Notes: a model not told the origin generated them from the letters alone. Positions 1 to 12,099 are shown, counted from the stretch's first letter. The stretch: 64,000 bases of DNA from an uncultured Prevotella sp. (GCA_900554695.1 USHV01000004.1:17159-81158), one strand, 5' to 3'. Numbers and translations are program-made.

Positions 1-956
1 AGGATTATTCTGGTGCCGAGATCATCACAAAGGGCAGCAAGTTCACCGCCCCGGTTCTCAAGAACCTTGAGTATGACGGCATACAGTCTAACGGGTGGAC
101 CGATGACGCTCACACCAACGAGCTCATTCAGAAACTCATAATGAACTACATACGTAAGTATAAACTCCTTGACGCAGAGCTCAAGCGTAGAAAGTTCGCC
201 ATAACAATCGGCGACGAGCTGCCTTCAGGCATTCTGCAGATGGCAAAAGTTTATATTGCGAAGAAACGTAAGATCAGTGTCGGTGACAAACTTGCCGGAC
301 GTCACGGTAACAAGGGTATCGTATCGCGTATCGTACGCATGGAGGATATGCCGTTCCTTGAGGATGGCCGTCCTGTAGATATCGTATTGAACCCTCTGGG
401 TGTGCCTTCACGTATGAACCTCGGACAGATATTCGAGGCCATTCTCGGTGCCGCAGGTAAGAAACTCGGTGTTAAGTTCGCTACACCTATTTTCGATGGC
501 GCTAAACTTGATGACCTTTCAGAATGGACAGACAAGGCAGGACTGCCGCACTTGTGCTCTACACACCTCTATGATGGTGAGACAGGCGAGCGCTTCGACC
601 AGCCGGCAACCGTAGGTATAACCTACTTCTTGAAACTCGGTCACATGGTTGAGGACAAGATGCACGCACGTTCCATCGGTCCGTACTCACTCATCACACA
701 GCAGCCTCTTGGAGGTAAGGCTCAGTTCGGAGGTCAGCGTTTCGGAGAGATGGAGGTTTGGGCACTCGAGGCATTCGGTGCCAGCCATGTACTTCAGGAG
801 ATTCTGACAATCAAGTCTGATGATACTGTCGGCCGTTCAAAGGCATACGAGGCAATTGTCAAAGGCGACCCGATGCCTACGCCGGGAATACCTGAGTCGC
901 TCAATGTGCTTCTGCACGAGCTTCGCGGCCTTGGTTTAAGTATCAAACTAGATTAA
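1..956 (+). CDS. rpoB: RNA polymerase beta subunit, C-terminal part (open to window edge)
   Basis: [23 protein letters not shown] and [13 protein letters not shown] motifs; frame open upstream of 141. Confidence 0.98.
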   Translation, partial: DYSGAEIITKGSKFTAPVLKNLEYDGIQSNGWTDDAHTNELIQKLIMNYIRKYKLLDAELKRRKFAITIGDELPSGILQMAKVYIAKKRKISVGDKLAGRHGNKGIVSRIVRMEDMPFLEDGRPVDIVLNPLGVPSRMNLGQIFEAILGAAGKKLGVKFATPIFDGAKLDDLSEWTDKAGLPHLCSTHLYDGETGERFDQPATVGITYFLKLGHMVEDKMHARSIGPYSLITQQPLGGKAQFGGQRFGEMEVWALEAFGASHVLQEILTIKSDDTVGRSKAYEAIVKGDPMPTPGIPESLNVLLHELRGLGLSIKLD

Positions 957-984
957 TCCCGTACACCCTAAATTATAAAACAAT

Positions 985-3900
985 ATGGCTTTCAAGAAAG
1001 ATACAAAAATAAAGAATAATTTCACGAAGATTACCGTAGCTCTTGCTTCGCCTGAAGAGATTCTGGAGAACTCGTATGGCGAGGTGACCAAACCGGAAAC
1101 AATCAATTATCGAACATACAAGCCAGAGCGTGACGGACTCTTCTGCGAGCGCATTTTTGGTCCGACACGTGACTATGAGTGTGCGTGCGGAAAGTACAAG
1201 CGCATACGTTATAAAGGCATTGTCTGCGACCGATGCGGTGTTGAGGTGACAGAGAAGAAGGTACGTCGTGAGCGCAGCGGACACATCGAGCTGGTGGTTC
1301 CTGTAGCACATATATGGTATTTCCGTTCTTTGCCTAACAAGATAGGTTATCTGCTCGGTATGCCTACCAAGCGTCTCGACTCTGTGATCTATTATGAGAA
1401 GTATGTTGTCATACAGCCGGGAGCTCTCGAGGGCAGAACAGACTCAGAGGGCGTTGAGATAAACGGTTCTCACAAGATGGATTTCCTGTCAGAGGAAGAG
1501 TACATCGACATCATTGAGAACAAGCTCGATCCGAAGAACGAGTATCTCGACGATTCTGATCCCAACAAGTTCATTGCCAAGATGGGTGCCGAAGCCATTT
1601 ATGACCTTCTGGCAAATATTGACCTCGACGTACTTTCCTACGAACTGCGCGACCGTGCCAACAACGACTCTTCTCAGCAGCGTAAGACCGAGGCGCTCAA
1701 GCGTCTGCAGGTTGTCGAGGCATTCCGTTCGAGCCGTGGCGTGAACCGTCCTGAGTGGATGATCATGAAGATTATCCCTGTCATTCCGCCAGAGCTTCGT
1801 CCGCTTGTTCCGCTCGATGGTGGACGTTTTGCAACATCCGACCTCAACGACCTCTATCGTCGTGTCATCATACGTAACAACCGTCTGAAACGACTCGTTG
1901 AGATCAAGGCTCCTGAGGTCATCCTCCGAAACGAGAAACGTATGCTTCAGGAAGCTGTCGATAGTCTCTTCGACAACTCACGCAAGAGTTCAGCCGTTAA
2001 GAGCGACAGCAACCGTCCGCTGAAGTCTCTGTCTGATTCACTTAAAGGTAAGCAGGGACGTTTCCGTCAGAACCTTCTCGGTAAGCGTGTCGATTATTCA
2101 GCACGTTCGGTTATCGTCGTAGGTCCTGAGCTGAAGATGGGCGAATGTGGTCTGCCGAAACTCATGGCAGCCGAGCTTTACAAGCCGTTCATCATCCGTA
2201 AGCTTATCGAGCGTGGTATCGTGAAGACAGTTAAGAGCGCCAAGAAGATTGTGGATCGTCGCGAACCGGTCATCTGGGATATCCTTGAGAACGTGATGAA
2301 GGGACATCCGGTACTTCTCAACCGTGCGCCAACACTTCACCGTCTCGGTATTCAGGCGTTCCAGCCGAAACTTATCGAGGGTAAGGCCATCCAGCTTCAC
2401 CCGCTTGCATGTACAGCGTTCAACGCCGACTTCGATGGTGACCAGATGGCTGTTCACCTCCCGTTGAGCAACGAGGCTATCCTCGAGGCACAGATTCTGA
2501 TGCTCCAGAGCCACAACATCCTTAACCCTGCCAATGGTGCTCCTATCACGGTGCCGTCACAGGATATGGTTCTCGGACTCTACTATATTACTAAGATTCG
2601 TCCGGGTGCAAAGGGCGAGGGACTTATATTCTATGGTCCGGAAGAGGCACTCATCGCACACAACGAAGGCAAGTGCGACCTGCACGCTCCTGTAAAGGTT
2701 GTTGTTGACGATGTCGTTGACGGCGTGAAGACAAGACACATGGTCGATACTTCTGTAGGACGTGTGATTGTCAACCAGATTATTCCGGACGAGGTAGGTT
2801 ACTTCAACGACATCATATCAAAGAAGACACTGCGTGGTATCATCGCCGATGTAATCAAGACCGTTGGTATGGCCCGTGCATGCGAGTTCCTCGACGGTAT
2901 CAAGAACCTCGGTTATCGTATGTCATACGTTGCCGGTCTGTCGTTCAACCTCGACGATATCATCATCCCGAAGGAGAAGGAAGCTATCGTTGCTAAAGGT
3001 AATGAGGAAGTTCGTCAGATCACTGAGAACTACAACATGGGATTCATCACCGACAACGAGCGTTACAATCAGGTCATCGATACATGGACTCACGTGAACA
3101 ACGACCTTGCCAACGTCCTCATGAAGGAAATGACTGAGGCCGACCAGGGATTCAACGCTGTGTTCATGATGCTCGACTCTGGAGCCCGTGGTTCTAAGGA
3201 TCAGATCAAGCAGCTGTCAGGTATGCGTGGACTTATGGCCAAACCTCAGAAAGCCGGAGCAGAGGGCGCGCAGATTATTGAGAACCCTATTCTTTCAAAC
3301 TTCAAGGAGGGTATGTCAGTGCTCGAGTACTTCATCGCATCTCACGGTGCCCGTAAGGGTCTTGCCGATACCGCTATGAAGACAGCCGATGCCGGATACC
3401 TTACACGTCGTCTTGTCGATGTCTCTCACGATGTCATCATCACCGAGGAAGACTGCGGTACACTGCGCGGACTTGTCTGCACAGCCCTCAAGAACGGCGA
3501 CGAAGTCATCTCTACTCTTTATGAGCGTATCCTCGGCCGTGTATCGGTTCACGATATAATCCATCCTACAACAGGCGAACTCATTGTCGCAGCCGGTGAG
3601 GAAATCACCGAACCTATCGCAAAGGCAATAGAGGATTCTCCTATCGAGAGCGTCGAGATTCGTTCGGTGCTCACTTGCGAGAGCAAGCACGGTGTCTGCA
3701 TGAAGTGTTACGGACGTAACCTTGCCACAAGCCGTATGGTACAGCTCGGCGAGGCTGTCGGTGTGATTGCCGCACAGGCCATCGGTGAGCCGGGTACACA
3801 GCTTACTCTTCGTACGTTCCACGCCGGTGGTGTGGCTGCCAACGCAGCTGCCAACGCCTCGATCGTTGCGAAGAACGATTCACGCATCGAGTTCGATGAG

Positions 3901-5316
3901 CTCCGTGTCGTTCCGTTCGTTGAGAACGATGGCGAGAAAGACATCAACTGCGACATGGTTGTAAGCCGTCTGTCAGAGGTTCGTTTCATCGATCCGCACA
4001 CAGACATCGTTCTTTCAACCCTCAACGTTCCTTACGGTTCGTCACTCTATTATAAGAATGGTGACGTGGTTAAGAAGGGTGACCTCATTGCCAAATGGGA
4101 CCCGTTCAATGCAGTCATCGTTACCGAGTATGCCGGTACGCTGAAATTCAACGACGTGATAGAAGGTATCACATATCGTGCTGAGACCGATGAGGCAACC
4201 GGACTTACCGAAAAGATCATCACCGACTCCAAGGATAAGTCGAAAGTTCCTACCTGCGATATCATAGGACCGGACGGAGAGGTTGTCGGAACATACAACT
4301 TCCCTGTGGGTGGTCACGTTGTTGTCGAGGACGGACAGACCGTTAAGACCGGTGCCACACTTGTCAAGATTCCGCGTGCCGTAGGTAAGGCGGGAGATAT
4401 CACCGGAGGTCTTCCTCGAGTAACCGAGCTCTTCGAGGCCCGCAACCCGAGCAACCCTGCCGTCGTATCAGAAATCGATGGTGAGGTTACAATGGGTAAG
4501 GTTAAACGTGGTAACCGTGAGATTATCGTCACCAGTAAGACCGGCGACCAGAAGAAGTATCTCGTCAGCCTGTCGAAGCAGATCCTTGTTCAGGAGCACG
4601 ACGCTGTACGTGCCGGAACTCCGCTTTCTGACGGTATCATCACTCCGGGCGACATCCTCGCCATCAAGGGTCCGACCGCCGTTCAGGAATATATTGTCAA
4701 CGAGGTTCAGGACGTATACCGTCTGCAGGGTGTGAAGATCAACGACAAGCACTTCGAGATCATCGTACGCCAGATGATGCGCAAGGTACAGATCGACGAA
4801 CCGGGCGATACAACATTCCTCGAGCAGGAAATGGTGGACAAGCTCGACTTCGCAGAGGAAAACGACCGCATCTGGGGCAAGAAGTACGTAACCGACGCCG
4901 GCGACTCAGAAACTCTGAAGGTAGGCCAGATAATCTCTGCCCGCAAGCTGCGCGACGAGAATTCCAGCCTGAAGCGCCGCGACCTTCGTCTTGTTCAGGT
5001 GCGCGATACTATCCCCGCAACCTCTACACAGATTCTGCAGGGTATCACACGTGCAGCATTGCAGACCAAGAGCTTCATCTCGGCTGCATCGTTCCAGGAG
5101 ACAACCAAGGTGCTCAACGAAGCTGCAATACGTGGTAAGGTAGACCGTCTGGAAGGTATGAAGGAGAACGTGATCACTGGTCACCTCATCCCGGCCGGTA
5201 CAGGACTCCGCCAGTGGGAGAAACTCATCGTTGGCTCGAAGGAAGAGTACGACCGCATCCAGGCAAACCGCAAGACTGTGCTCGACTTTGCCGGTGAGAA
5301 CGGTTCGGCTGAATGA
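985..5316 (+). CDS. rpoC: RNA polymerase beta' subunit
   Basis: NADFDGD catalytic motif, N-terminal Zn finger, 1443 aa, follows rpoB. Confidence 0.99.
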   Translation: MAFKKDTKIKNNFTKITVALASPEEILENSYGEVTKPETINYRTYKPERDGLFCERIFGPTRDYECACGKYKRIRYKGIVCDRCGVEVTEKKVRRERSGHIELVVPVAHIWYFRSLPNKIGYLLGMPTKRLDSVIYYEKYVVIQPGALEGRTDSEGVEINGSHKMDFLSEEEYIDIIENKLDPKNEYLDDSDPNKFIAKMGAEAIYDLLANIDLDVLSYELRDRANNDSSQQRKTEALKRLQVVEAFRSSRGVNRPEWMIMKIIPVIPPELRPLVPLDGGRFATSDLNDLYRRVIIRNNRLKRLVEIKAPEVILRNEKRMLQEAVDSLFDNSRKSSAVKSDSNRPLKSLSDSLKGKQGRFRQNLLGKRVDYSARSVIVVGPELKMGECGLPKLMAAELYKPFIIRKLIERGIVKTVKSAKKIVDRREPVIWDILENVMKGHPVLLNRAPTLHRLGIQAFQPKLIEGKAIQLHPLACTAFNADFDGDQMAVHLPLSNEAILEAQILMLQSHNILNPANGAPITVPSQDMVLGLYYITKIRPGAKGEGLIFYGPEEALIAHNEGKCDLHAPVKVVVDDVVDGVKTRHMVDTSVGRVIVNQIIPDEVGYFNDIISKKTLRGIIADVIKTVGMARACEFLDGIKNLGYRMSYVAGLSFNLDDIIIPKEKEAIVAKGNEEVRQITENYNMGFITDNERYNQVIDTWTHVNNDLANVLMKEMTEADQGFNAVFMMLDSGARGSKDQIKQLSGMRGLMAKPQKAGAEGAQIIENPILSNFKEGMSVLEYFIASHGARKGLADTAMKTADAGYLTRRLVDVSHDVIITEEDCGTLRGLVCTALKNGDEVISTLYERILGRVSVHDIIHPTTGELIVAAGEEITEPIAKAIEDSPIESVEIRSVLTCESKHGVCMKCYGRNLATSRMVQLGEAVGVIAAQAIGEPGTQLTLRTFHAGGVAANAAANASIVAKNDSRIEFDELRVVPFVENDGEKDINCDMVVSRLSEVRFIDPHTDIVLSTLNVPYGSSLYYKNGDVVKKGDLIAKWDPFNAVIVTEYAGTLKFNDVIEGITYRAETDEATGLTEKIITDSKDKSKVPTCDIIGPDGEVVGTYNFPVGGHVVVEDGQTVKTGATLVKIPRAVGKAGDITGGLPRVTELFEARNPSNPAVVSEIDGEVTMGKVKRGNREIIVTSKTGDQKKYLVSLSKQILVQEHDAVRAGTPLSDGIITPGDILAIKGPTAVQEYIVNEVQDVYRLQGVKINDKHFEIIVRQMMRKVQIDEPGDTTFLEQEMVDKLDFAEENDRIWGKKYVTDAGDSETLKVGQIISARKLRDENSSLKRRDLRLVQVRDTIPATSTQILQGITRAALQTKSFISAASFQETTKVLNEAAIRGKVDRLEGMKENVITGHLIPAGTGLRQWEKLIVGSKEEYDRIQANRKTVLDFAGENGSAE

Positions 5317-5364
5317 TATTGAATGTACTGATGCCTGATTGTTGGCATTGGAAATGATAATTAC

Positions 5365-5405
5365 AAACGAAGACATGTGCGCAGGTGCATGTCTCCGTTT
5401 CTTTT
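5365..5405 (+). terminator. Probable intrinsic terminator after rpoC
   Basis: AAACGAAGACATG...CATGTCTCCGTTT stem then T-rich tail. Confidence 0.6.
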
Positions 5406-5659
5406 ACACCATAATTCTTATATTCACCGTATGCGAATTGTGTTTCATTGGCACATCATTTGCGTTTTTTGTTTTTTTATGACAATAAAAATTGTCCGGT
5501 GAATTAATATTCATATTTTTGGAGGCATTCCGGCATGCATGTGTCAGTTGTGACTGCGACTTCCGCTATCGGTCTCTCATGCGTACAGCGGTCTCGTGCG
5601 GCATGCATCAGTAGTTATGTTTCAAATCAGATTATTCCTATTTTCAACAGCTAAGAATT

Positions 5660-6844
5660 ATGAAAAAATTGTATTTCTTATTGTCATTCGGGTTGTGTGC
5701 ATGTGCCTCAGACGATGCATCACGCCTTGTCGGCCAATGGAACGAGATGACAGACGGAGCAGCTTCTCTTGTAGCAGGTATGGAATTGAAGGAAAACGGT
5801 GAGTTCGTACCAGTGGGAACGCATCTGTCAGCATACAACAGATGGAAAGCTGGTGACGGAATTCTGATATTGAGCGGTGCTGAGAGCGGAACCGCACATG
5901 ACGGTCTTGTGGCAGATACGTTCGACATAGTAAGCCTGCAGGGCGACACTCTTGTACTGAAACCTTTCAGAGACGGACACACCATGCGCTTTGTACGTGG
6001 CGACATGAAGACAGCAGGCACCGTAGGCCCGGACAGCCTGAAGGCGTCGCGTCCGCCTTATGAGGGATTTGTATGGAAGGAAGTGAGTGGGGCAGGACTC
6101 CGTATGCTCGCACAACAGAACGAACATATGCGAGTCATGGCCGATCCGTCGCTGCCGGGCATGGTGCTTGTGAGAGACAACGATGTGCGTCCTCACAGAC
6201 TGATACAGATATTCAATACAGGCAACCGTGGCACAAAAGGACTGCTCGATACTCTCCGTGCCTCCAAAGGATGGATAGAAAGCCAGACCTGCCGTTTCAA
6301 GGAGACGGACTCAGGCAGGAAGGGTGTGCACAGATATATACTTGTGCCGGACGGAGAGTATGCCAAGAAAATAGACGCCATCTCCGGTCATGAGCCTGTG
6401 CCCGTCACATGCAGCGGATGGGGAGTGGGCAACAGCGGTATGCGCTATTTCGAGATATACGACAGCAACCCGTCGAAGGCGGTCTTTGTGGAAATAGGAC
6501 AGGACGCACCTATCTTTGATGAGACTACTATCGAACTCACCGACACAAAGGCCGGAGGCATCTCAAAGGACATACTTTATACACTTGAGGGCGAACTACG
6601 TGTGGCACACGAGGTGCGTTCGTTCGTACCGGCGGGCAGTGACAAGGAATACTGGTTTGTAGACAAGACCGGTGTCTTGCTTGATATGTATGACAGAGTG
6701 ACGGGCGGACAGAAGAACGGACGCTCTGTGAAGGCTGTGCTCAAGGTGGAGTATAACGGCAAGTGGAACGATGGCTTCGCCGAACAATATGACGGTGTTT
6801 ATCTTGTGCGCGAGGTGATAAGTGTCGGTACAGACGAACGGTAG
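5660..6844 (+). CDS. Hypothetical lipoprotein (lipocalin-like N-terminal domain)
   Basis: MKK-hydrophobic-LCAC lipobox; LVGQW motif typical of lipocalin-like domains. Confidence 0.65.
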   Translation: MKKLYFLLSFGLCACASDDASRLVGQWNEMTDGAASLVAGMELKENGEFVPVGTHLSAYNRWKAGDGILILSGAESGTAHDGLVADTFDIVSLQGDTLVLKPFRDGHTMRFVRGDMKTAGTVGPDSLKASRPPYEGFVWKEVSGAGLRMLAQQNEHMRVMADPSLPGMVLVRDNDVRPHRLIQIFNTGNRGTKGLLDTLRASKGWIESQTCRFKETDSGRKGVHRYILVPDGEYAKKIDAISGHEPVPVTCSGWGVGNSGMRYFEIYDSNPSKAVFVEIGQDAPIFDETTIELTDTKAGGISKDILYTLEGELRVAHEVRSFVPAGSDKEYWFVDKTGVLLDMYDRVTGGQKNGRSVKAVLKVEYNGKWNDGFAEQYDGVYLVREVISVGTDER

Positions 6845-7100
6845 ATGTTTCCCGTCATCGCCTTCTTGACGGTTGGGTTAAGACATGTTTTATTGTCCGC
6901 ATGTCGGGCAGACTGATATTGATTTATGAAGCGGCCTTTCCGGACTTGCAGAACGGGCTTTCTCGTTGTCTTGACAGAGTCTTTCTGCAAGCTCGGAAAG
7001 GCCGTTTTGTATGACCGGAAGTGTGCAGTGGAGATTTATTCTTGATTCTTCAATCAAAGAGACCGGTGCTTCAAGCCTATACAGGCATTATTCCACTCTG

Positions 7101-7565
7101 CCGGAATGAACACAATATGGGCTATTTACAGATTTTCAGCATCCTGTGATTTTTTTGTCCGAGTTTTCTGTTCTACCCCAAAAAATAAATGAGAATTTGC
7201 GGACAGACTTTGCTTCGGAGGCAAATATGCGAGAAATAAGAAGTTTGTACAAAATACTGAACATCAACGGCTTATGTACGGCGGTTGCTTTCCCGTCGTG
7301 CAAAAAGCACCGTTTGGGCACGCGATATGGCCCATATCAGGGGCTGAAATGCACCATGTCACACCCTGATATGGGCGTAATCGGACCCTGAAACAGGCAA
7401 AATCAGAACGCAAGATGAACCATTCCGGACCGCATTGCTGGGTATATGAAAAGACGGTACGGGACGAAAGAGTCTTAATTATATGCGATTTAACATTCCT
7501 TTACATTTCTTTCGTGATTTTATTTTGTCAAAATAAAGTCAAGAAAATCTATAAGTTCGTCGTCC
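7101..7565 (+). repeat. Dispersed ~460-bp intergenic element, copy A, with 5x22-bp internal array (7300-7409)
   Basis: Colinear similarity with 51521-51985; units start 7300, 7322, 7344, 7366, 7388. Confidence 0.85.
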
Positions 7566-7701
7566 GGGTTTTCTTTAAAAATGCCGACATTGAAGCCGAT
7601 GGAAGGCACGAAAAGTCGGTGCAGTCATAGCGCTGATGATTTTTCGGTCGTGTCGGCATTAATTTATTATTACGTGAGGTAATTATTTTTCGACGCATAT
7701 T

Positions 7702-7733
7702 TTTGGGAATGTTCTACGGATATGTTATCTTTG
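7702..7733 (+). promoter_or_regulatory. Bacteroidetes housekeeping promoter (-33/-7)
   Basis: TTTG-N20-TATCTTTG upstream of the 7825 ORF. Confidence 0.7.
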
Positions 7734-7824
7734 CAGTATATATGTGATGCGCTGTGCACCCTGCAGCCTCGGCTGGCGGATACGGCGCTTTTTATTTTGT
7801 AATATCTAAAACTAAAAAATTATC

Positions 7825-8142
7825 ATGGACGAAAACAACAATCAGAAACAGGGCTTTCCCATCGAGCTTAATCCGGAGACAGCCCTCGGCCAATATGCCA
7901 ACCTTGCATTGATCAGTCATTCAAGTTCCGACTTCGTGCTCGACTTCGCACGCATGCTTCCCGGTATGTCCAAACCTCAGGTGCGCAGTAGAGTGGTTCT
8001 TGCTCCGGAACACGCAAAGCGTCTGCTGCAGGCTTTGCAGGAAAATATATATAAATATGAGCAGACGTTCGGTAAAATACAGATACCGAACCAGCAGGGC
8101 CGCACCATCGCTCCGTTCAACGGTGGTACCGGTGAGGCATGA
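7825..8142 (+). CDS. DUF3467-like conserved protein
   Basis: GQYANLALISHSSSDFVLDF...SRVVLAPEHAKRL; usual position between rpoC and rpsL in Bacteroidetes. Confidence 0.85.
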   Translation: MDENNNQKQGFPIELNPETALGQYANLALISHSSSDFVLDFARMLPGMSKPQVRSRVVLAPEHAKRLLQALQENIYKYEQTFGKIQIPNQQGRTIAPFNGGTGEA

Positions 8143-8768
8143 TCTGCATGCACGTGAATTGTTCTGAATATACGTCTGATGTTCGCTTAGACTTCTTGCC
8201 GTTGCAAGAGTGGCGGAGCACAGATATGTAGCATAGTCTTCCTGTAGGCCTCACTTATGTTATGGAGTGGGCTTACAGGAAGATTGCTTATCCGATAGCC
8301 TTGCCTTGCCGTCATGCAGAAGGTTGTTTTGTGGCTGACACTGTTTAAGCCTGGTGCCGCTTTGTATGTATGTTTGCAGACGGTCGCGTTATCTGTGATT
8401 TGAAAGTTGTGGCAGTCTGTTGTTGCCGCTGACGGTCTATAAGCGACGCTCCCTGCAAAACGTGGATTCATGAAACTTTTGAGCAGTCGGTTTGTCTGCA
8501 TTATTAAAGAATCAAGGAGGCAAAACGGACTGAAAATGATGCGGGAAAGTCGGATGCAGATGTGTTGTTGGTGGTGGTTCTGCATGTGTGTAAATGTCGT
8601 TAGTTGATGTCCGGAAGCGGCTCAGAACATACTGTGATTGTCATTGATAGAGTAAATGTTGGACGATAATACTGGTAATTTAGTCTAACGTGTGTTATAT
8701 AATGTTAATTCGTCTATTCTTTGTTTCTTTCTTTGAAGGTTTCATTAGGCAAATCAAATAAAAGTTCG

Positions 8769-8776
8769 TACCTTTG
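8769..8776 (+). promoter_or_regulatory. -7 promoter element of the str/S10 supercluster
   Basis: TACCTTTG about 80 nt upstream of rpsL. Confidence 0.65.
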
Positions 8777-8857
8777 CAGCCCGAAAGGCTCATTGTAGCC
8801 CTTTTGTAACGGTTTGATAACAACAAAATAAATATATAAATTTTAAAAAGTAAAATT

Positions 8858-9238
8858 ATGCCTACAATTTCACAATTGGTAAGAAAAGGCAGAAAGGTGC
8901 TCGAAGACAAGAGCAAGTCGCCGGCTCTGGACGCATGTCCTCAGCGTCGTGGCGTTTGCGTTCGTGTCTATACGACAACTCCTAAGAAGCCTAATTCGGC
9001 AATGCGTAAGGTTGCCCGTGTACGTTTGACAAACCAGAAGGAAGTGAACTCCTACATCCCGGGTGAAGGACACAACCTGCAGGAGCACAGCATCGTGCTT
9101 GTTCGTGGTGGTCGTGTTAAGGACCTCCCTGGTGTACGTTATCACATCGTTCGTGGTACTCTTGATACCGCAGGTGTTGCAAACCGCACACAGCGCCGTT
9201 CTAAGTATGGTGCAAAACGTCCGAAGGCAAAGAAATAA
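8858..9238 (+). CDS. rpsL: 30S ribosomal protein S12
   Basis: [28 protein letters not shown]. Confidence 0.99.
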   Translation: MPTISQLVRKGRKVLEDKSKSPALDACPQRRGVCVRVYTTTPKKPNSAMRKVARVRLTNQKEVNSYIPGEGHNLQEHSIVLVRGGRVKDLPGVRYHIVRGTLDTAGVANRTQRRSKYGAKRPKAKK

Positions 9239-9387
9239 TAACAATAGGTTGTTAATCGGACTATAAAAAATTTTAGTAAACGTTTTGCTGGAGAATTGTT
9301 AAAGAAACAGGTTGAGTAAATGTCCGGGTGCGGACGTTGAAGAACACTAATAAACAGCCCCAAGCAGAATTAAATTTTCAAAACAAA

Positions 9388-9864
9388 ATGAGAAAAGCAA
9401 AACCAAAGAAGCGCGTGATTCTTCCGGATCCCGTCTTCAACGACCAGAAGGTTTCAAAATTCGTTAATCATCTGATGTATGACGGCAAAAAGAATGCTTC
9501 ATACGAGATTTTCTACAAAGCACTTGATGTTGTGAAGGAAAAAATGGCCAAGGAAGAAAAGTCTTCTCTGGAAATATGGAAACAAGCGCTTGACAACGTC
9601 ACTCCGCAGGTTGAGGTGAAGAGCCGCCGTATCGGTGGTGCTACATTCCAGGTTCCAACCGAGATACGTCCGGAACGTAAGGAGAGCATATCCATGAAGA
9701 ATCTTATCCAGTTCGCACGTAAGCGCGGCGGTAAGAGCATGGCAGAAAAACTCGCAGCCGAGATCATGGATGCATACAACAACCAGGGTGGCGCATTCAA
9801 ACGTAAGGAAGATATGCACCGCATGGCTGAGGCTAACCGTGCATTTGCTCACTTCAGATTCTAA
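9388..9864 (+). CDS. rpsG: 30S ribosomal protein S7
   Basis: Start moved to ATG 9388 (MRKAKPKKR); ends [13 protein letters not shown]. Confidence 0.97.
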   Translation: MRKAKPKKRVILPDPVFNDQKVSKFVNHLMYDGKKNASYEIFYKALDVVKEKMAKEEKSSLEIWKQALDNVTPQVEVKSRRIGGATFQVPTEIRPERKESISMKNLIQFARKRGGKSMAEKLAAEIMDAYNNQGGAFKRKEDMHRMAEANRAFAHFRF

Positions 9865-9888
9865 TCGACTAAATAAGGTAAAAAGAAA

Positions 9889-12003
9889 ATGGCAAATCGC
9901 GATTTACATTTGACACGTAACATCGGTATCATGGCTCACATCGATGCCGGTAAGACCACAACGTCTGAGCGTATCCTCTTCTACACCGGTAAGACACACA
10001 AGATCGGTGAGGTGCACGACGGCGCTGCTACAATGGACTGGATGGCTCAGGAACAGGAGCGTGGTATTACCATTACATCTGCCGCTACTACATGTAGCTG
10101 GAAGTGGAACGGCAATACTTATAAAATCAACTTGATAGACACTCCGGGACACGTTGACTTCACTGCTGAGGTTGAACGTTCACTCCGTGTCCTCGACGGT
10201 GCCATTGCAACATATTCTGCTGCAGACGGTGTACAGCCGCAGTCGGAAACCGTATGGCGTCAGGCTGACAAGTACAGCGTTCCACGTATCGGATACGTAA
10301 ACAAGATGGACCGTTCTGGTGCTGACTTCTTCGAGACAGTACAGCAGATGAAGGACATCCTCGGCGCTAATCCGTGTCCTATCCAGATTCCTATCGGTGC
10401 TGAAGAGAACTTCAAGGGCGTTGTCGATCTTATCAAGATGAAGGCTATCTTCTGGCATGATGAGACAATGGGCGCTGAATATAACGTTGAAGAAATCCCG
10501 GCTGACCTCGTTGACGAGGCTAACGAGTGGAGAGACAAGCTTCTTGAGAGCGCTGCCAGCTTCGACGACAATTTGATGGAGAAATATCTCGATGGCCAGG
10601 AAATAGGCGAGGAGGAACTCATCGCTGCTATCCGTAAGGGTACAATCTCGATGGAACTTACTCCTATGCTTCTTGGTTCTTCATATAAGAACAAGGGTGT
10701 TCAGCCGCTGCTCGACTACACTTGCGCATTCCTTCCATCACCGCTCGATACAGGTGATATCATCGGAACAAATCCTGAGACAGAGGAAGAGGAAAGCCGC
10801 AAGCCGTCTGAGAACGAGCCGACAGCTGCTCTTGCATTCAAGATCGCAACTGACCCGTTCATGGGACGTCTGGTATTCTTCCGCGTTTATTCTGGTAAGG
10901 TTACAGCCGGATCGTACGTTTACAACCCACGTTCGGGCAAGAAAGAGCGTATCAGCCGTCTGTTCCAGATGAACTCAAACAAGGAAATTCCTATGGATTC
11001 TATCGACGCCGGCGATATAGGCGCAGGTGTTGGTTTCAAGGATATCCGCACCGGTGATACTCTTTGCGACGAAGAGCACCCGATCGTACTCGAGTCAATG
11101 ACATTCCCTGATACTGTGATTTCTATCGCAGTTGAGCCGAAGAGCCAGGCTGATATCGCAAAACTGGACAACGGTCTTGCTAAGCTGGCTGAAGAGGACC
11201 CGACATTCACCGTTCGTACAGACGAGCAGAGCGGTCAGACAATCATCTCTGGTATGGGTGAGCTTCACCTCGATATCATTCTTGACCGTCTGAAACGTGA
11301 GTTCAAGGTTGAATGTAACCAGGGTAAGCCGCAGGTTAACTATAAAGAGGCCATCACAAAGCCTGTCACACTGCGTGAGGTTTACAAGAAGCAGAGTGGT
11401 GGACGTGGTAAGTTCGCAGACATCATCGTAACAGTCGGCCCGAAGGACGAGGATTACAAGGAAGGCGATCTGCAGTTCGTAAACGAGGTCAAAGGTGGTA
11501 ATGTGCCGAAGGAATTCATCCCGTCTGTTCAGAAAGGTTTTGAGACCGCAATGAAGAACGGTGTGCTCGGTGGTTACCCGATGACTGGACTTAAGGTCGT
11601 TCTGACCGATGGTTCTTTCCACCCGGTTGACTCTGACCAGTTGTCATTCGAGCTCGCAGCCGTAAACGCATACAAGAATGCTTGTCCGAAGGCAGGTCCT
11701 GTGCTCATGGAGCCTATCATGAAGGTAGAAGTTGTTACTCCGGAAGAGAACATGGGTGATGTTATCGGTGACCTCAACAAGCGTCGTGGACAGGTTGAGG
11801 GTATGGACGAGGCCCGCAGCGGTGCAAGAATTGTTAAGGCTATGGTTCCTCTGGCAGAAATGTTCGGATATGTGACAGCTCTGCGTACCATCACTTCTGG
11901 ACGTGCAACAAGCTCAATGGAGTACGATCACCACGCTCCGGTTTCAAGCGCAATTGCAAAGGCTGTGCTTGAAGAGGTTAAGGGACGTGCAGATCTCGTA
12001 TAA
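9889..12003 (+). CDS. fusA: Elongation factor G
   Basis: [23 protein letters not shown] GTPase motifs; 704 aa. Confidence 0.99.
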   Translation: MANRDLHLTRNIGIMAHIDAGKTTTSERILFYTGKTHKIGEVHDGAATMDWMAQEQERGITITSAATTCSWKWNGNTYKINLIDTPGHVDFTAEVERSLRVLDGAIATYSAADGVQPQSETVWRQADKYSVPRIGYVNKMDRSGADFFETVQQMKDILGANPCPIQIPIGAEENFKGVVDLIKMKAIFWHDETMGAEYNVEEIPADLVDEANEWRDKLLESAASFDDNLMEKYLDGQEIGEEELIAAIRKGTISMELTPMLLGSSYKNKGVQPLLDYTCAFLPSPLDTGDIIGTNPETEEEESRKPSENEPTAALAFKIATDPFMGRLVFFRVYSGKVTAGSYVYNPRSGKKERISRLFQMNSNKEIPMDSIDAGDIGAGVGFKDIRTGDTLCDEEHPIVLESMTFPDTVISIAVEPKSQADIAKLDNGLAKLAEEDPTFTVRTDEQSGQTIISGMGELHLDIILDRLKREFKVECNQGKPQVNYKEAITKPVTLREVYKKQSGGRGKFADIIVTVGPKDEDYKEGDLQFVNEVKGGNVPKEFIPSVQKGFETAMKNGVLGGYPMTGLKVVLTDGSFHPVDSDQLSFELAAVNAYKNACPKAGPVLMEPIMKVEVVTPEENMGDVIGDLNKRRGQVEGMDEARSGARIVKAMVPLAEMFGYVTALRTITSGRATSSMEYDHHAPVSSAIAKAVLEEVKGRADLV

Positions 12004-12022
12004 AGAATAAATAAAGCAAAAC

Positions 12023-12072
12023 AGGAGTACTGCCGACTTAGCGAATGACTCTTAAGCGGCAGACTCCTTTTT
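12023..12072 (+). terminator. Terminator/attenuator-like hairpin between fusA and rpsJ
   Basis: AGGAGT-A-CTGCCG...CGGCAG-ACTCCT followed by a T run. Confidence 0.6.
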
Positions 12073-12099
12073 GAAACATAATAAACAACAAAAAATAAT

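Noticed and set aside
7101..7565. Calling the dispersed element an IS
   Set aside because: No transposase ORF, terminal inverted repeats or target duplication identified
8187..8585. 132-aa minus-strand ORF or a further degenerate array between DUF3467 and rpsL
   Set aside because: No motif or convincing start, and periodicity is too weak to support by eye
8858..9238. Streptomycin-resistance allele of rpsL
   Set aside because: The TPKKPNS and RVKDLP lysines are wild type
12004..12099. Missing tuf after fusA (and missing adk after secY)
   Set aside because: Normal gene order for Bacteroidetes
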